Positions 1 to 11,970 of a stretch of 64,000 nt of DNA are shown here, one piece after another. The DNA is from Nitrosomonadales bacterium (lineage in GTDB: Bacteria; Pseudomonadota; Gammaproteobacteria; Burkholderiales; Gallionellaceae), in contig JACRPU010000021.1 of assembly GCA_016223025.1 (NCBI GenBank), forward strand, positions 14,380-78,379. Reading direction: 5' to 3'. How positions within the stretch are numbered: position 1 is the first letter of the stretch; each line of letters begins with the position of its first letter. The notes beneath the pieces are model-generated. The model ran no database searches, had not been told where the DNA came from, and saw only the letters and a program-made list of their open reading frames with translations. The position numbers and the translations under genes are program-made.

Positions 1-2
1 CG

Positions 3-317
3 ATGCACGAGGGAGTGGATTTTGTCGTGCCGGAAGGCACGCCCATCGTGGCGGCTGCCAGCGGCATCGTGGTGTACGCGGGTTACCACGAGCAATATGG
101 TAATATGCTGGAAGTGGATCACGGCCATGACATCGTCACGCGCTATGCGCACGCTTCCAGGCTGCTGGCCAAGGTCGGGCAAATCGTGCGGCGCGGGCAG
201 GAAATCGCCAAGGTCGGCAGCACGGGGCGCTCCACCGGCAACCACATGCATTTTGAAGTGAGATACAGGGGCGTCGCCCAAAACCCCGACCGTTTGTTGG
301 GCAGCGCAGCAGGCTGA
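3..317 (+). CDS. M23/LytM family metallopeptidase, C-terminal part (5' end outside window)
   Basis: ORF reads HEGVDF...DHGH...GNHMHFEV, the zinc-ligand motifs of M23 peptidases. Followed by a hairpin plus T-run. Confidence 0.8.
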   Translation: MHEGVDFVVPEGTPIVAAASGIVVYAGYHEQYGNMLEVDHGHDIVTRYAHASRLLAKVGQIVRRGQEIAKVGSTGRSTGNHMHFEVRYRGVAQNPDRLLGSAAG

Positions 318-349
318 TGGGTGATGGTTTAGAGCCTGTTTCAGTGCAA

Positions 350-379
350 GGGTGAGGTGTGGCATCTCACCCTTTTTTG
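350..379 (+). terminator. Rho-independent terminator after the M23 peptidase gene
   Basis: GGGTGAG-gtgtggcat-CTCACCC followed by TTTTTTG. Confidence 0.7.
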
Positions 380-393
380 TTTGTACCAGTTAA

Positions 394-553
394 GGGGTCG
401 AGAAACAATAACTTGAAAATCCTGGCCGCGCTGACGGGCGCGTTGCGGCGTTGCCAGCCGCTTGCATGGAATGGCCATGCGGCGCGCCTGGCGCCTTGCA
501 TCGCATCCCGCCAGCACACCCATAATTGTCCAAGTTATTGTTTCCCGGTCCCC
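394..553. mobile_element. MITE-like element, family A, copy 1 (no coding capacity)
   Basis: Bounded by inverted termini GGGGTCGAGAAACAATAACTTG / CAAGTTATTGTTTCCCGGTCCCC. The core is near-identical, in reverse orientation, to 27975-28112. Confidence 0.65.
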
Positions 554-588
554 AATAATCGCAAACCCAGAAAAAACCCGGATAAACA

Positions 589-3306
<2,718 letters not shown>

Positions 3307-3328
3307 TTCCTTTTTCCTGGAGAGAACC

Positions 3329-3829
3329 ATGACAACTGACGATTTGATTTTGCAGGCGCTGCGCAACTCCACCCTGACCGAGGAACTGCGCGATTCTGAA
3401 ATTGATGCGCTGGCGGGCATCATCACGGTGCGCGATTTCAAGGCCGGCGATGCCCTGGTGCAGCCGGGCGAGAATACCGGGATGAGGGATACGCTGCTGA
3501 TCCTGGGCAGCGGGGAAATCGAGGCCAACGCCGTGATCGGCGGCGAGAAAATGACGCTGCACCTGCTCAAGCCGGGCGACCTCGCGGGCATCATCGGCTT
3601 TGTCGGCGGCAGCGTGACGCAGGTGAGCGCGACCGTGGTCGCCAGGACCGACAGCAAGGTGCTGCTGCTCGACCGCGTGCGCTTCGAGTCGTTGCTGAAC
3701 ACCCAGCCGGCCATCGTGTATTACGTGATGCGCGGCATCGTGCGGCATGTGCATGGCATCGTGCGGCGCATGAACATGCAGTCGGTGGAAATGAGCAACT
3801 ACATTTACAAGCAGGGCGGGCGGTACTGA
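3329..3829 (+). CDS. Cyclic-nucleotide-binding-domain-like protein
   Basis: 166 aa with a beta-roll-like segment ([12 protein letters not shown]...[10 protein letters not shown]...[12 protein letters not shown]). The assignment is motif-level only. Confidence 0.55.
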   Translation: MTTDDLILQALRNSTLTEELRDSEIDALAGIITVRDFKAGDALVQPGENTGMRDTLLILGSGEIEANAVIGGEKMTLHLLKPGDLAGIIGFVGGSVTQVSATVVARTDSKVLLLDRVRFESLLNTQPAIVYYVMRGIVRHVHGIVRRMNMQSVEMSNYIYKQGGRY

Positions 3830-3852
3830 CCTGCAACAAGGATCACAGCATC

Positions 3853-5082
3853 ATGCCGGTCAACCTCCAACCTCCCGCCGCCGGTGACCTGCTGCCCGTC
3901 CGCGGCGTGCTGCTGGGCACGGCGGAGGCATCCATCAAAAAACCCGGCCACAGGGACCTGCTGGTCATGCATTTAACCTCCCAGGCCGCGGTGGCTGGCG
4001 TTTTCACGCAGAACCGTTTCTGCGCCGCGCCGGTTACGGTGGCGCGCGAGCACCTGGCATCTGGCAAAGGCATCCGCGCCCTGGTGGTCAACACCGGCAA
4101 CGCCAATGCCGGCACCGGCGAGCCGGGGCTGGCGGCGGCGCGCGCCACCTGCGCCGAAATCGCCAACCTGCTGGATTGCGGGGCGGAACAGGTGCTGCCG
4201 TTTTCCACCGGCGTCATCATGGAGCCGCTGCCGCTGGCCCGCGTCCTCGCCGGATTGCCGCACTGCGTGGCGGGCCTGCGTGAAGACAACTGGCTCGATG
4301 CCGCGCACGCGATCATGACGACCGACATCGTCGCCAAGGGAACGTCCCGGCAACTCTCGCTGGCGGGCAAGACCGTCACTATCACCGGCATCGCCAAGGG
4401 CTCCGGCATGATCCACCCGGACATGGCGACCATGCTGGGCTACATCGCCACCGATGCGGCGGTGGCGCAACCCCTGCTGCAACAGATGGCGCGCCACGCT
4501 GCCGGCGCCTCGTTCAACTGCATCACCGTGGACGGCGACACCTCCACCAACGATGCGCTGATGCTGATCGCCACCGGATCAAGCGATGCGCCCGCCATCA
4601 CCGACGCAAACGGCGAAGCGTTCGCCAAATTGCAGGCGGCGGTGACCGGGGTGGCCGTTTTGCTGGCGCAGGCCATCGTGCGCGACGGCGAGGGCGCCAC
4701 CAAATTCATCACCGTCCGGGTGGAGGGCGGCAATACCGTGGCGGAGTGCAGGCAGATCGCCTATGCCGTGGCGCGCTCCCCGCTGGTCAAGACCGCATTC
4801 TTCGCCTCCGACCCCAACCTGGGGCGCATCCTTGCCGCCATCGGTTATGCCGGCGTGGCGGACCTCGATGTGCGGCGCATCAGGCTGCATCTCGATGACG
4901 TGCTGGTGGCCGAACACGGCGGGCGCGCCGCCGGCTACCGCGAGGAAGCGGGGCAGCGCGTCATGGAGCAGAGCGACATCACCGTGCGCGTGGCGCTGGA
5001 TCGCGGCGCGGCGGCGGCCACGGTGTGGACCTGCGATTTCTCCTACGATTACGTCAAGATCAACGCCGGCTACAGAAGCTGA
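3853..5082 (+). CDS. argJ: Bifunctional ornithine acetyltransferase / N-acetylglutamate synthase ArgJ
   Basis: 409 aa. Contains the autoprocessing region [11 protein letters not shown] and a C-terminus ...[15 protein letters not shown] typical of ArgJ. Confidence 0.95.
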   Translation: MPVNLQPPAAGDLLPVRGVLLGTAEASIKKPGHRDLLVMHLTSQAAVAGVFTQNRFCAAPVTVAREHLASGKGIRALVVNTGNANAGTGEPGLAAARATCAEIANLLDCGAEQVLPFSTGVIMEPLPLARVLAGLPHCVAGLREDNWLDAAHAIMTTDIVAKGTSRQLSLAGKTVTITGIAKGSGMIHPDMATMLGYIATDAAVAQPLLQQMARHAAGASFNCITVDGDTSTNDALMLIATGSSDAPAITDANGEAFAKLQAAVTGVAVLLAQAIVRDGEGATKFITVRVEGGNTVAECRQIAYAVARSPLVKTAFFASDPNLGRILAAIGYAGVADLDVRRIRLHLDDVLVAEHGGRAAGYREEAGQRVMEQSDITVRVALDRGAAAATVWTCDFSYDYVKINAGYRS

Positions 5083-5144
5083 TCCGCCGTTCCCGCCTGC
5101 GCGGAAATATCGAAAACAAGAGCACCTCTGAAGCTATTCCGGCG

Positions 5145-5468
5145 ATGAAAACCCCCATGCCCACAGAAGAGGGCGTCCGCTCCGCCCTGTGCGACGTCAT
5201 AGACCCCGAAGTCGGCATGAATATCGTTGATCTCGGCCTGGTATATGTCGTGGAAATCCGGGACGACATGCTGCGGGTTGATCTCACCATGACTACCCAG
5301 GCTTGCCCGATGTCCGACATGATCCTCAACGACGCGAGGATGGCGCTGGAATCGCTGGCGCCGGACAACGCCAGGATCGAACTCAATCTCGTCTGGGAGC
5401 CACCCTGGACTCCCGCCATGATGACGGCGTGCGCGCGCCGCCATTTCGGCTGGGATGAGCCTGCATGA
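5145..5468 (+). CDS. DUF59 / SufT-like Fe-S assembly domain protein
   Basis: An internal ATG at 5145 gives MKTPMPTEEGVRSALCDVIDPEVGMNIVDLGLVY, the DUF59 signature. The upstream part of the 5025 ORF overlaps the argJ end and looks non-coding. Confidence 0.75.
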   Translation: MKTPMPTEEGVRSALCDVIDPEVGMNIVDLGLVYVVEIRDDMLRVDLTMTTQACPMSDMILNDARMALESLAPDNARIELNLVWEPPWTPAMMTACARRHFGWDEPA

Positions 5469-6579
5469 CAACAATCTCATGAGCGGAAACACGGCCACGC
5501 GACCCGGCGATTTCGGCGTTCCCTTTCGTCTGCCCCTGCTGGTTCTGGGATTCCTCTCGCTGGCGACCGGCGTGGGCGCGGGGTTGTTGCGCATGGGCTG
5601 GGCCGCGCCGTTTCCCCCGGCGGAACTGGCGTTGCTGCATGGGCCGCTGATGTTGTCCGGTTTCCTCGGCACCGTCATCGGGCTGGAGCGCGCCGTCGCC
5701 CTGGGCCGCCGCTGGGCCTATGCGGGGCCGCTGCTGACTGGGGTGGGCGGCATTTGCATCTTGCTGGGATTGCCGCAGGCTGCCGGCGCGACAGCCATCT
5801 CGTGCGGCAGCATCGTGCTGCTTGCCGGTTCGGCGCTGATCGCGCAGCGCCAGCGCGAACTGTTCACGGCTACCCTGGCGCTCGGCGCGGCAAGCTGGCT
5901 GGCGGGCAACCTGCTGTGGCTGTCCGGCTTGCCGGTGGCCGCAGTGGTGGCGCTGTGGATCAACTTTCTGGTGCTGACCATCGCCGGGGAACGCCTGGAA
6001 CTGTCCCGCTTCCTGCCGCCTTCGCCTGTTGCCAGGCGAGTCTTTGTCGCCATTCTGGCAATGTTGCTGGCAGGCGGCGCGCTGATCCTGCTGTCCGCAG
6101 GAACCTGGCTGTATGCTTTCGGGCTGCTCGCCCTCGCGCTGTGGCTGCTGCGCCAGGACATCGCGCGCCGCACCGTGAAAGAGCGGGGGCTGACCCGCTT
6201 CATCGCCGTGTGCCTGCTCTCCGGCTATGCCTGGCTCGCCCTGGGCGGCTTCACCCTGCTTGCCGCCGGCAGCCTGGGCGGCCCGATGTACGATGCGGTG
6301 CTGCACGCCATCCTGATCGGTTTCGTGTTCTCGATGGTGTTCGGCCACGCGCCGGTCATATTTCCTTCGGTGGTGCGGGTCAGGATGCCCTACCACTGGA
6401 CGTTTTACCTGCCGCTGCTGGTGCTGCACGCATCGCTGGCCGCGCGTTTCTGCGGCGGCGCGCTCGATCTGCCGCAGTTGCGCAATCTGGGGGGCTTGCT
6501 GAACGCGGCAGCGCTGGCATTATTCGTTCTGGGCACCATCGCCAGCGTGATCCGGGGGCGTAGCGCAGCAAAAACCTGA
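5455..6579 (+). CDS. Polytopic integral membrane protein, function unknown
   Basis: 374 aa, about 10 or more hydrophobic segments, conserved-looking His residues (LLHGPLMLSGF, FGHAPVIFP). The start overlaps the previous stop. Confidence 0.5.
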   Translation: MSLHDNNLMSGNTATRPGDFGVPFRLPLLVLGFLSLATGVGAGLLRMGWAAPFPPAELALLHGPLMLSGFLGTVIGLERAVALGRRWAYAGPLLTGVGGICILLGLPQAAGATAISCGSIVLLAGSALIAQRQRELFTATLALGAASWLAGNLLWLSGLPVAAVVALWINFLVLTIAGERLELSRFLPPSPVARRVFVAILAMLLAGGALILLSAGTWLYAFGLLALALWLLRQDIARRTVKERGLTRFIAVCLLSGYAWLALGGFTLLAAGSLGGPMYDAVLHAILIGFVFSMVFGHAPVIFPSVVRVRMPYHWTFYLPLLVLHASLAARFCGGALDLPQLRNLGGLLNAAALALFVLGTIASVIRGRSAAKT

Positions 6580-6610
6580 TGAGCAATTGAATTGCCGGAT
6601 CAAACCGGCT

Positions 6611-7585
6611 TCAGGAAACCTTCCGGTAGTAATGGTTCTGCGGGTGGTTGGCCTCGGCGAAAAAGAACCAGCGCTCGGCCAGCAGCCCCGCATATTGCAA
6701 AATAAACGCGACCGGCAACAGGAAGGGAGCGGTCATTCCGCCAGCGAGCAACGCCAGCGGCACGAAAAATGCCAGGATCAAGAAGGCCGGTTTGATCGCC
6801 CGCATGAAGGCCGTGCTCCTGCCGTGAAAGAATTCGCGCGTGTTGAACGAGCCGCCCATTGCGCCCTGGGCTATCTGCGCGATGCGCGGGTGTTTGATGC
6901 CGATTGCCGTGCGTACGGACGACTTCGGCTTGAGGCGCGCATTGCGCAGCAGCGATGCGGTGCGCCCGGCAAGGGCGAGCAGGGTCAGAATCATCGCCCA
7001 TCCGGCATGGAAGCCCGATAGTTGCGGCGCTGCCAGGGCCGAGAAGGCGGCAGCCAGCACAAAACCGGAAGCGCCGCCGAGCAGGGTATAGTTGATCACC
7101 GTGAGCGGCGTGTGCCATTCCTGCAGAAAGCGCAGGCTGGCATAGACCATCGCCGTGCAGCCAAACAGCGCGAAACCCAGCAGCGTGGCCAGCGCGCCGA
7201 GTATCAGCGTGGGGTCAACGGCGCGCCCGCCGGGCAACTCGAACAGCGGCGCGTGCCAGCAGAACCAGTGCGCGCAGCCATACAGCAGCACCATCCCCAT
7301 GAATGCCGGCAGGGCGATTACCTCGCGCGACAGCCACGAGGCTCGCCACTGCGCGGCGGCGCGCCAGGCTCGTTCGGGGTGGCCGAGGTGAAAGAATGAG
7401 GCGATCAATCCGGCGCAGAGAAATGCCAGGGCGAGTACGCTGCCGGCAGCGTAATAGGAACGGCTGTCCTGCGCGGGCAGGAGATCGAAGAAGGCGTACA
7501 ACTGCCCGGTGTAGAGGGCGAGGAACAGCCCCTGGCCGGCGCCGATCAGGGTGGTGAGAAAGATAACCGAAAAAGCGGGGCGCAT
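6611..7585 (-). CDS. soeC: DmsC-type membrane anchor subunit, read as SoeC
   Basis: 324 aa polytopic protein directly downstream of the Fe-S subunit. Size and position fit the anchor of a three-subunit complex iron-sulfur molybdoenzyme. Confidence 0.6.
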   Translation of the reverse strand: MRPAFSVIFLTTLIGAGQGLFLALYTGQLYAFFDLLPAQDSRSYYAAGSVLALAFLCAGLIASFFHLGHPERAWRAAAQWRASWLSREVIALPAFMGMVLLYGCAHWFCWHAPLFELPGGRAVDPTLILGALATLLGFALFGCTAMVYASLRFLQEWHTPLTVINYTLLGGASGFVLAAAFSALAAPQLSGFHAGWAMILTLLALAGRTASLLRNARLKPKSSVRTAIGIKHPRIAQIAQGAMGGSFNTREFFHGRSTAFMRAIKPAFLILAFFVPLALLAGGMTAPFLLPVAFILQYAGLLAERWFFFAEANHPQNHYYRKVS

Positions 7586-7588
7586 ATT

Positions 7589-8299
7589 TTACCAACTGGT
7601 CACATCGTCGAGCGTGGGTTGCTGCCTGGACGGTTTGGGCAGCTTGCCGTCTATCTTGAGCGGGTTGTCGGCGCGCACCAGTTGATCCTCGTGTATTGTG
7701 ATCGTGGTTTTGCGCCGGGGCAGATAATGGTTGGCGGGTTGCGTGCCCCATTCCGGCATCAGGGTGTAGCCTGACACGACCGAGTCGGGATCGTGTATGT
7801 CGCCGAACAGGCGCGCGCCGGGCGGGCATGCCATCACGCAGGATGGCCTGCGATCCGCTTCGGGCAGGGTTGTGCTGTAAATGCGATCCACGCACAGCGT
7901 GCATTTCTTCATCACCTTCTGCTTCTCGTCCAGTTCGCGCGCGCCGTACGGGCATGCCCAGGAGCAATACTTGCAGCCGATGCACCTGTCGTAATCCACC
8001 AGCACGATGCCGTCTTCCTTGCGCTTGTAGGACGCGCCGGTCGGGCATACCGGCACGCAGGGCGGGTCTTCGCAGTGCAGGCACGACTTGGGGAAATGCA
8101 CCGTTTCGGTTTGCGGAAACTCGCCGACTTCAAAGGTCTGCACCCGGTTGAAGAAGGTGCCCGTCGGGTTGGCGTCGTAGGGGTTGCAATCGCTCAACGG
8201 GCCGGCAGCGCCGGAGGTGTTCCACTCCTTGCAACTGGTCACGCAGGCGCTGCAACCCACGCAGACGTTGAGGTCTATGACCAGGGCGAGTTGAGTCAT
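7589..8299 (-). CDS. soeB: 4Fe-4S ferredoxin-type electron-transfer subunit, read as SoeB
   Basis: 236 aa with several Cys clusters (CVGCSACVTSC, CLHCEDPPCVPVCP, CIGCKYCSWACP, CTLCVDR). Confidence 0.75.
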   Translation of the reverse strand: MTQLALVIDLNVCVGCSACVTSCKEWNTSGAAGPLSDCNPYDANPTGTFFNRVQTFEVGEFPQTETVHFPKSCLHCEDPPCVPVCPTGASYKRKEDGIVLVDYDRCIGCKYCSWACPYGARELDEKQKVMKKCTLCVDRIYSTTLPEADRRPSCVMACPPGARLFGDIHDPDSVVSGYTLMPEWGTQPANHYLPRRKTTITIHEDQLVRADNPLKIDGKLPKPSRQQPTLDDVTSW

Positions 8300-8874
8300 T
8301 TCGAGATCTCCGTCTCTTCTGGTGTTTCCGGGAAATCTGAAAGGCCGTAAATCCCCCCCAGCCCCCCTTTTTCAAAGGGGGGGGCATTCTTGCTTTCCCT
8401 TTTTGCAGAGGAGATATTCTCACTCCCACTCTCTTGCAAAGTTGAGGCATCTTCACTCCCCCCTTTGCAAAAGGGGGGCTGGGGGGGATTTGGTTTTTGA
8501 TTCTGATTTGGATTTACCCGCTCACCAACCACTCGTGCAACCTCGCCCAGCACCGCCTCCAGCTCGCGCAACACCTGCAAATTGTCGAATCGCAAAACCC
8601 GAAGTCCCACTCCTTGCAGATAGCCGTCTCGCACCGCATCTCTTTGTGCATGTTCCTGCTCGAAATGCTGCGAACCATCCAGCTCTATTACCAGCCTGGC
8701 TTTGGGCGCATAAAAATCCACGATATAGCACCCAAGAGGTTTCTGCCGGTAAAACTGCACACCGTGAATTTGCTTGCGCCGCAGCTTCGACCATAGGGTT
8801 TGCTCGGCATCGGTCATGCATTGGCGCAAAGCGCGGGCATGTGTTTTAAGACCACGGTTATATTTCACTATCAC
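8296..8874 (-). CDS. DUF559 (Vsr-like endonuclease fold) protein with a repeat-encoded low-complexity tail
   Basis: ARALRQCMTDAEQTLWSKLRRKQIHGVQFYRQKPLGCYIVDFYAPKARLVIELDGSQH matches the DUF559 pattern. The GTG start overlaps the soeA stop (GTGA) and the stop overlaps the soeB ATG (ATGA). Confidence 0.7.
   Translation of the reverse strand: MIVKYNRGLKTHARALRQCMTDAEQTLWSKLRRKQIHGVQFYRQKPLGCYIVDFYAPKARLVIELDGSQHFEQEHAQRDAVRDGYLQGVGLRVLRFDNLQVLRELEAVLGEVARVVGERVNPNQNQKPNPPQPPFCKGGSEDASTLQESGSENISSAKRESKNAPPFEKGGLGGIYGLSDFPETPEETEISK
8349..8491. repeat. Inverted pair of C/G-tract hairpin repeats
   Basis: AAATCCCCCCCAGCCCCCCTTTTTCAAAGGGGGGGGC at 8349-8385 and its near reverse complement at 8456-8491. 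Both lie inside the DUF559 ORF tail, where they are translated as PPFCKGG / PPFEKGGLGG. Confidence 0.8.
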
Positions 8875-11771
8875 TTCTTGCTCCCCGCAAAATACGCCAG
8901 CCAATCGCCGAGAAATGGCCTGGTTCCGGGATAGGGTTTCATGGGCTCGAATTGCGGCGACGTTTGCTCCGGCTCACCCGGCTTAACCGGGTAGATGCGC
9001 ACACGCACATCGAACCATGCCGCCTGGCCGGTGATGGGGTCGGAATTGGATTGTGTGCCACCGTTGCTTGCGGGCAGCTCTTCCGAGATGACAGGGTTGA
9101 GCAGGAAGCCAAGTTGCGATTCGTTGGCGTTTGGCGCCAGGTTCCATGCGCCGGCGGATTTCCCGATGGCATTCCAGGTCCATACCGTTTCCGGCTCCAC
9201 GGCCTCGGAGTAGCGGCACATGCAGCGCACCTTGCCCCATTGCGATTCGATCCACATCCAGCCGCCATCTGCTATGCCTGCCGCTTTTGCCGTGCCCGGA
9301 TTGACGAACAGGTAATTGTGCGCATGAATCTGCCGCAGCCAGGCGTTCTGCGAATCCCACGAGTGGTACATGGCCATCGGGCGCTGCGTGATGGCGGCAA
9401 GCGGGTACTTGTGCCGGTCGGTCGCCTGGGATTCCAGCGGCTCGTAGTAGAACGGCAAGGGGTCGAAAAAAGTCTCGACACGCTTCCTGAGATGCTCCGG
9501 TGGCTTGCGCGAAATACCCTTGCCTTGCGCCGCGAGGCGGAACGACTGCAACACTTCCGAATAGAGATGGATCTGGATCGGGTCGGCGTAGCGCGTGATG
9601 CGGTTGCGCTGCGACCATTCGAGGTAGCCCTTGTTCCAGTTGCGCATGTACTGGTAGGAAAGCGGCAATTCGTAGTGGTGGATGCAATTGTTGGCGGCAT
9701 ACATCTCCAGTTGGCGCGGGTTGGGCTCGCCACTCAGCGACTTTTCTCCATTCTTGCCGCGCCAGCCGGACAGGAAGCCGATGCCGGAACCGGGCTCGGT
9801 TTCGTAGTTGACGATGAAATCCGGATAGTCGCGGAATTTGCGCGTGCCGTCTTTTTTCACGAAGGCTGGCAGCTTGAGGCGCGAGCCGAGTTCCACCAGC
9901 ACTTCCTGAAACGGTTTGCATTCGCCTTTGGGGGGGAAGATCGGCACGCGTATCGCGTCCACCGGCCCGTCAAATTCTGAGATGGGGCGATCCAGCATGG
10001 ACATGACATCGTAACGTTCGAGGTAGGTGGTGTCGGGCAGGATGAGGTCGGCGAACGACGTCATTTCCGACTCGAAGGCGTCGCACACCACCAGGAACGG
10101 AATCTTGTGTGCGCCCTGCGCATCCTTGTCGTTCAGCATCTTGCGCACCTCCACCGTGTTCATGGTGGAATTCCAGGCCATGTTGGCCATGAAGATGAGC
10201 AGCGTATCTATCGGGTAAGGGTCGCCGCGCCAGGCGTTGGTGATGACGTTGTGCATCAGGCCATGCACCGCCAGCGGGTGCTCCCAGGAGAACGCCTTGT
10301 CTATCCGCACCGGCGAGCCATCCTCGTGTACGAAGAGATCGTCCGGTTCGGCGGGCCAGCCGAGCGGCATGCCGTCGAGCGGCGTGTTCGGCCTGATGGC
10401 CAGCGGCGTGTCGGGCGTCTTTGCGCACGGCGGAATGGGGCGCGGGAACGGCGCCTTGTGCCGGAAACCGCCGGGGCGATCAATGGTGCCAAGCAGCGAC
10501 ATCAGGATCGCCAGCGCGCGGATGGTGTGGAAACCGTTGGAGTGCGCGGCCAGCCCGCGCATCGCGTGAAAAGCCACGGGGTTGCCGGTGACGGTGTCGT
10601 GCTCCTTGCCCCAGGAATCGGTCCAGGAAATTGGCAGCACCACTTTCTGGTCGCGCGCCGTAACGCCCATTTCGTAGGCGAGGCGGTGAATGGTCGCGGC
10701 GGGGATGCCGGTGATTTCCGCAGCCCAATCGGGGGTGTAGTCCCGCACGCGCTCCTGCAACAACTGGAAAGCGGGCTTGACCGGCGTGCCGTCTGCCAGC
10801 TTGAACTCGCCGAACAAATACGGGTCGGCGCCCTCGGCGTGGGTGATCACCGGGCGATCGCTGACACGGTCCCACCACAGTTTGTTTTGCGGGTCGAAGC
10901 AGCCTTCTTCCTTGGGCACTTCGGAGCGCACGAACATGCCGAACTCGTCATGCACCGCATCGAGGTTGACCAGTTCTCCGGCATTGGTATAGCGCGCCAG
11001 GAATTCGCGGTCATACAGGCCCATGGCGATAATCTCGTGGATCAATGCGAGCAGCAGCGCGCCGTCGGTGCCGGGCTTGATCGGCACCCATTCGTCGGCG
11101 ATGGCCGAATAACCGGTGCGCACCGGGTTGATCGAGATGAACTTGCCGCCGTTGCGTTTGAATTTGGCAATGGCGATCTTGAGCGGGTTGGAATGATGAT
11201 CCTCGGCGGTGCCGATCATGATGAACATCCTGGCGCGCTCGAGATCCGGGCCGCCAAATTCCCAGAATGAGCCGCCGATGGTGTAGATCATGCCGGCGGC
11301 CATGTTCACCGAGCAGAAGCCGCCGTGCGCGGCATAGTTGGGTGTGCCGAACTGGCGCGCGAACAGGCCGGTCAGCGCCTGCATCTGGTCGCGCCCGGTG
11401 AACAGCGCAAATTTCTTCGGGTCGGTGGCGCGGATTTTTCCCAGCCGCTCGGCGAGCAGGGCGAATGCCTGCTCCCAACTGATCGCCTCGAAATCGCCCG
11501 CGCCGCGCTCCGCTCCCGGCTTGCGCAGCAGCGGCTGCGCAAGCCGCGCCGGCGAATATTGCTTCATGATGCCGGAGCTGCCCTTCGCGCAGATCACGCC
11601 CTTGTTGAGCGGGTGTGCGGGGTTGCCGTCAATGTAGCGCACCTCGCCATCGCGCAGATGCACGCGGATGCCGCAACGGCACGCGCACATGTAGCACGTG
11701 GTGGTGTACGTTTCGGTTTTTGCGCCCGAAACGGGCTCCGCCAGCGGATCGTGAAGTGGGGTTGATGACAT
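8871..11771 (-). CDS. soeA: Molybdopterin (bis-MGD) oxidoreductase catalytic subunit without Tat signal, read as SoeA (sulfite dehydrogenase, quinone)
   Basis: 966 aa. N-terminal Fe-S motif CYMCACRCG...VICAKG. No twin-arginine leader in the ORF. Followed by Fe-S and anchor subunits and sits in a dsr-containing genome. Confidence 0.7.
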   Translation of the reverse strand: MSSTPLHDPLAEPVSGAKTETYTTTCYMCACRCGIRVHLRDGEVRYIDGNPAHPLNKGVICAKGSSGIMKQYSPARLAQPLLRKPGAERGAGDFEAISWEQAFALLAERLGKIRATDPKKFALFTGRDQMQALTGLFARQFGTPNYAAHGGFCSVNMAAGMIYTIGGSFWEFGGPDLERARMFIMIGTAEDHHSNPLKIAIAKFKRNGGKFISINPVRTGYSAIADEWVPIKPGTDGALLLALIHEIIAMGLYDREFLARYTNAGELVNLDAVHDEFGMFVRSEVPKEEGCFDPQNKLWWDRVSDRPVITHAEGADPYLFGEFKLADGTPVKPAFQLLQERVRDYTPDWAAEITGIPAATIHRLAYEMGVTARDQKVVLPISWTDSWGKEHDTVTGNPVAFHAMRGLAAHSNGFHTIRALAILMSLLGTIDRPGGFRHKAPFPRPIPPCAKTPDTPLAIRPNTPLDGMPLGWPAEPDDLFVHEDGSPVRIDKAFSWEHPLAVHGLMHNVITNAWRGDPYPIDTLLIFMANMAWNSTMNTVEVRKMLNDKDAQGAHKIPFLVVCDAFESEMTSFADLILPDTTYLERYDVMSMLDRPISEFDGPVDAIRVPIFPPKGECKPFQEVLVELGSRLKLPAFVKKDGTRKFRDYPDFIVNYETEPGSGIGFLSGWRGKNGEKSLSGEPNPRQLEMYAANNCIHHYELPLSYQYMRNWNKGYLEWSQRNRITRYADPIQIHLYSEVLQSFRLAAQGKGISRKPPEHLRKRVETFFDPLPFYYEPLESQATDRHKYPLAAITQRPMAMYHSWDSQNAWLRQIHAHNYLFVNPGTAKAAGIADGGWMWIESQWGKVRCMCRYSEAVEPETVWTWNAIGKSAGAWNLAPNANESQLGFLLNPVISEELPASNGGTQSNSDPITGQAAWFDVRVRIYPVKPGEPEQTSPQFEPMKPYPGTRPFLGDWLAYFAGSKK

Positions 11772-11970
11772 GCGCCGCGATTATGCCGCTATTCCATCCA
11801 GCAAGAGCAGAAAATGTTGCAGATGCAACAAAGTACCAGTATGCGGAAGAGAGTGGTTTGTTAGCTATAGCCGTAATGAGGGGTGGTTATATAGCCCATA
11901 TGGGGGATTGCCGGGGGCATCTGCCAGTTGCGAGGCATTGCAACCGGACCTGAGGGGGATTTGTATATAG

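Noticed and set aside
5383-6429. 348 aa minus-strand ORF overlapping the membrane-protein gene.
   Set aside because: Extremely Gln/Arg/Ala/Gly-rich and antisense to a well-formed polytopic membrane ORF.
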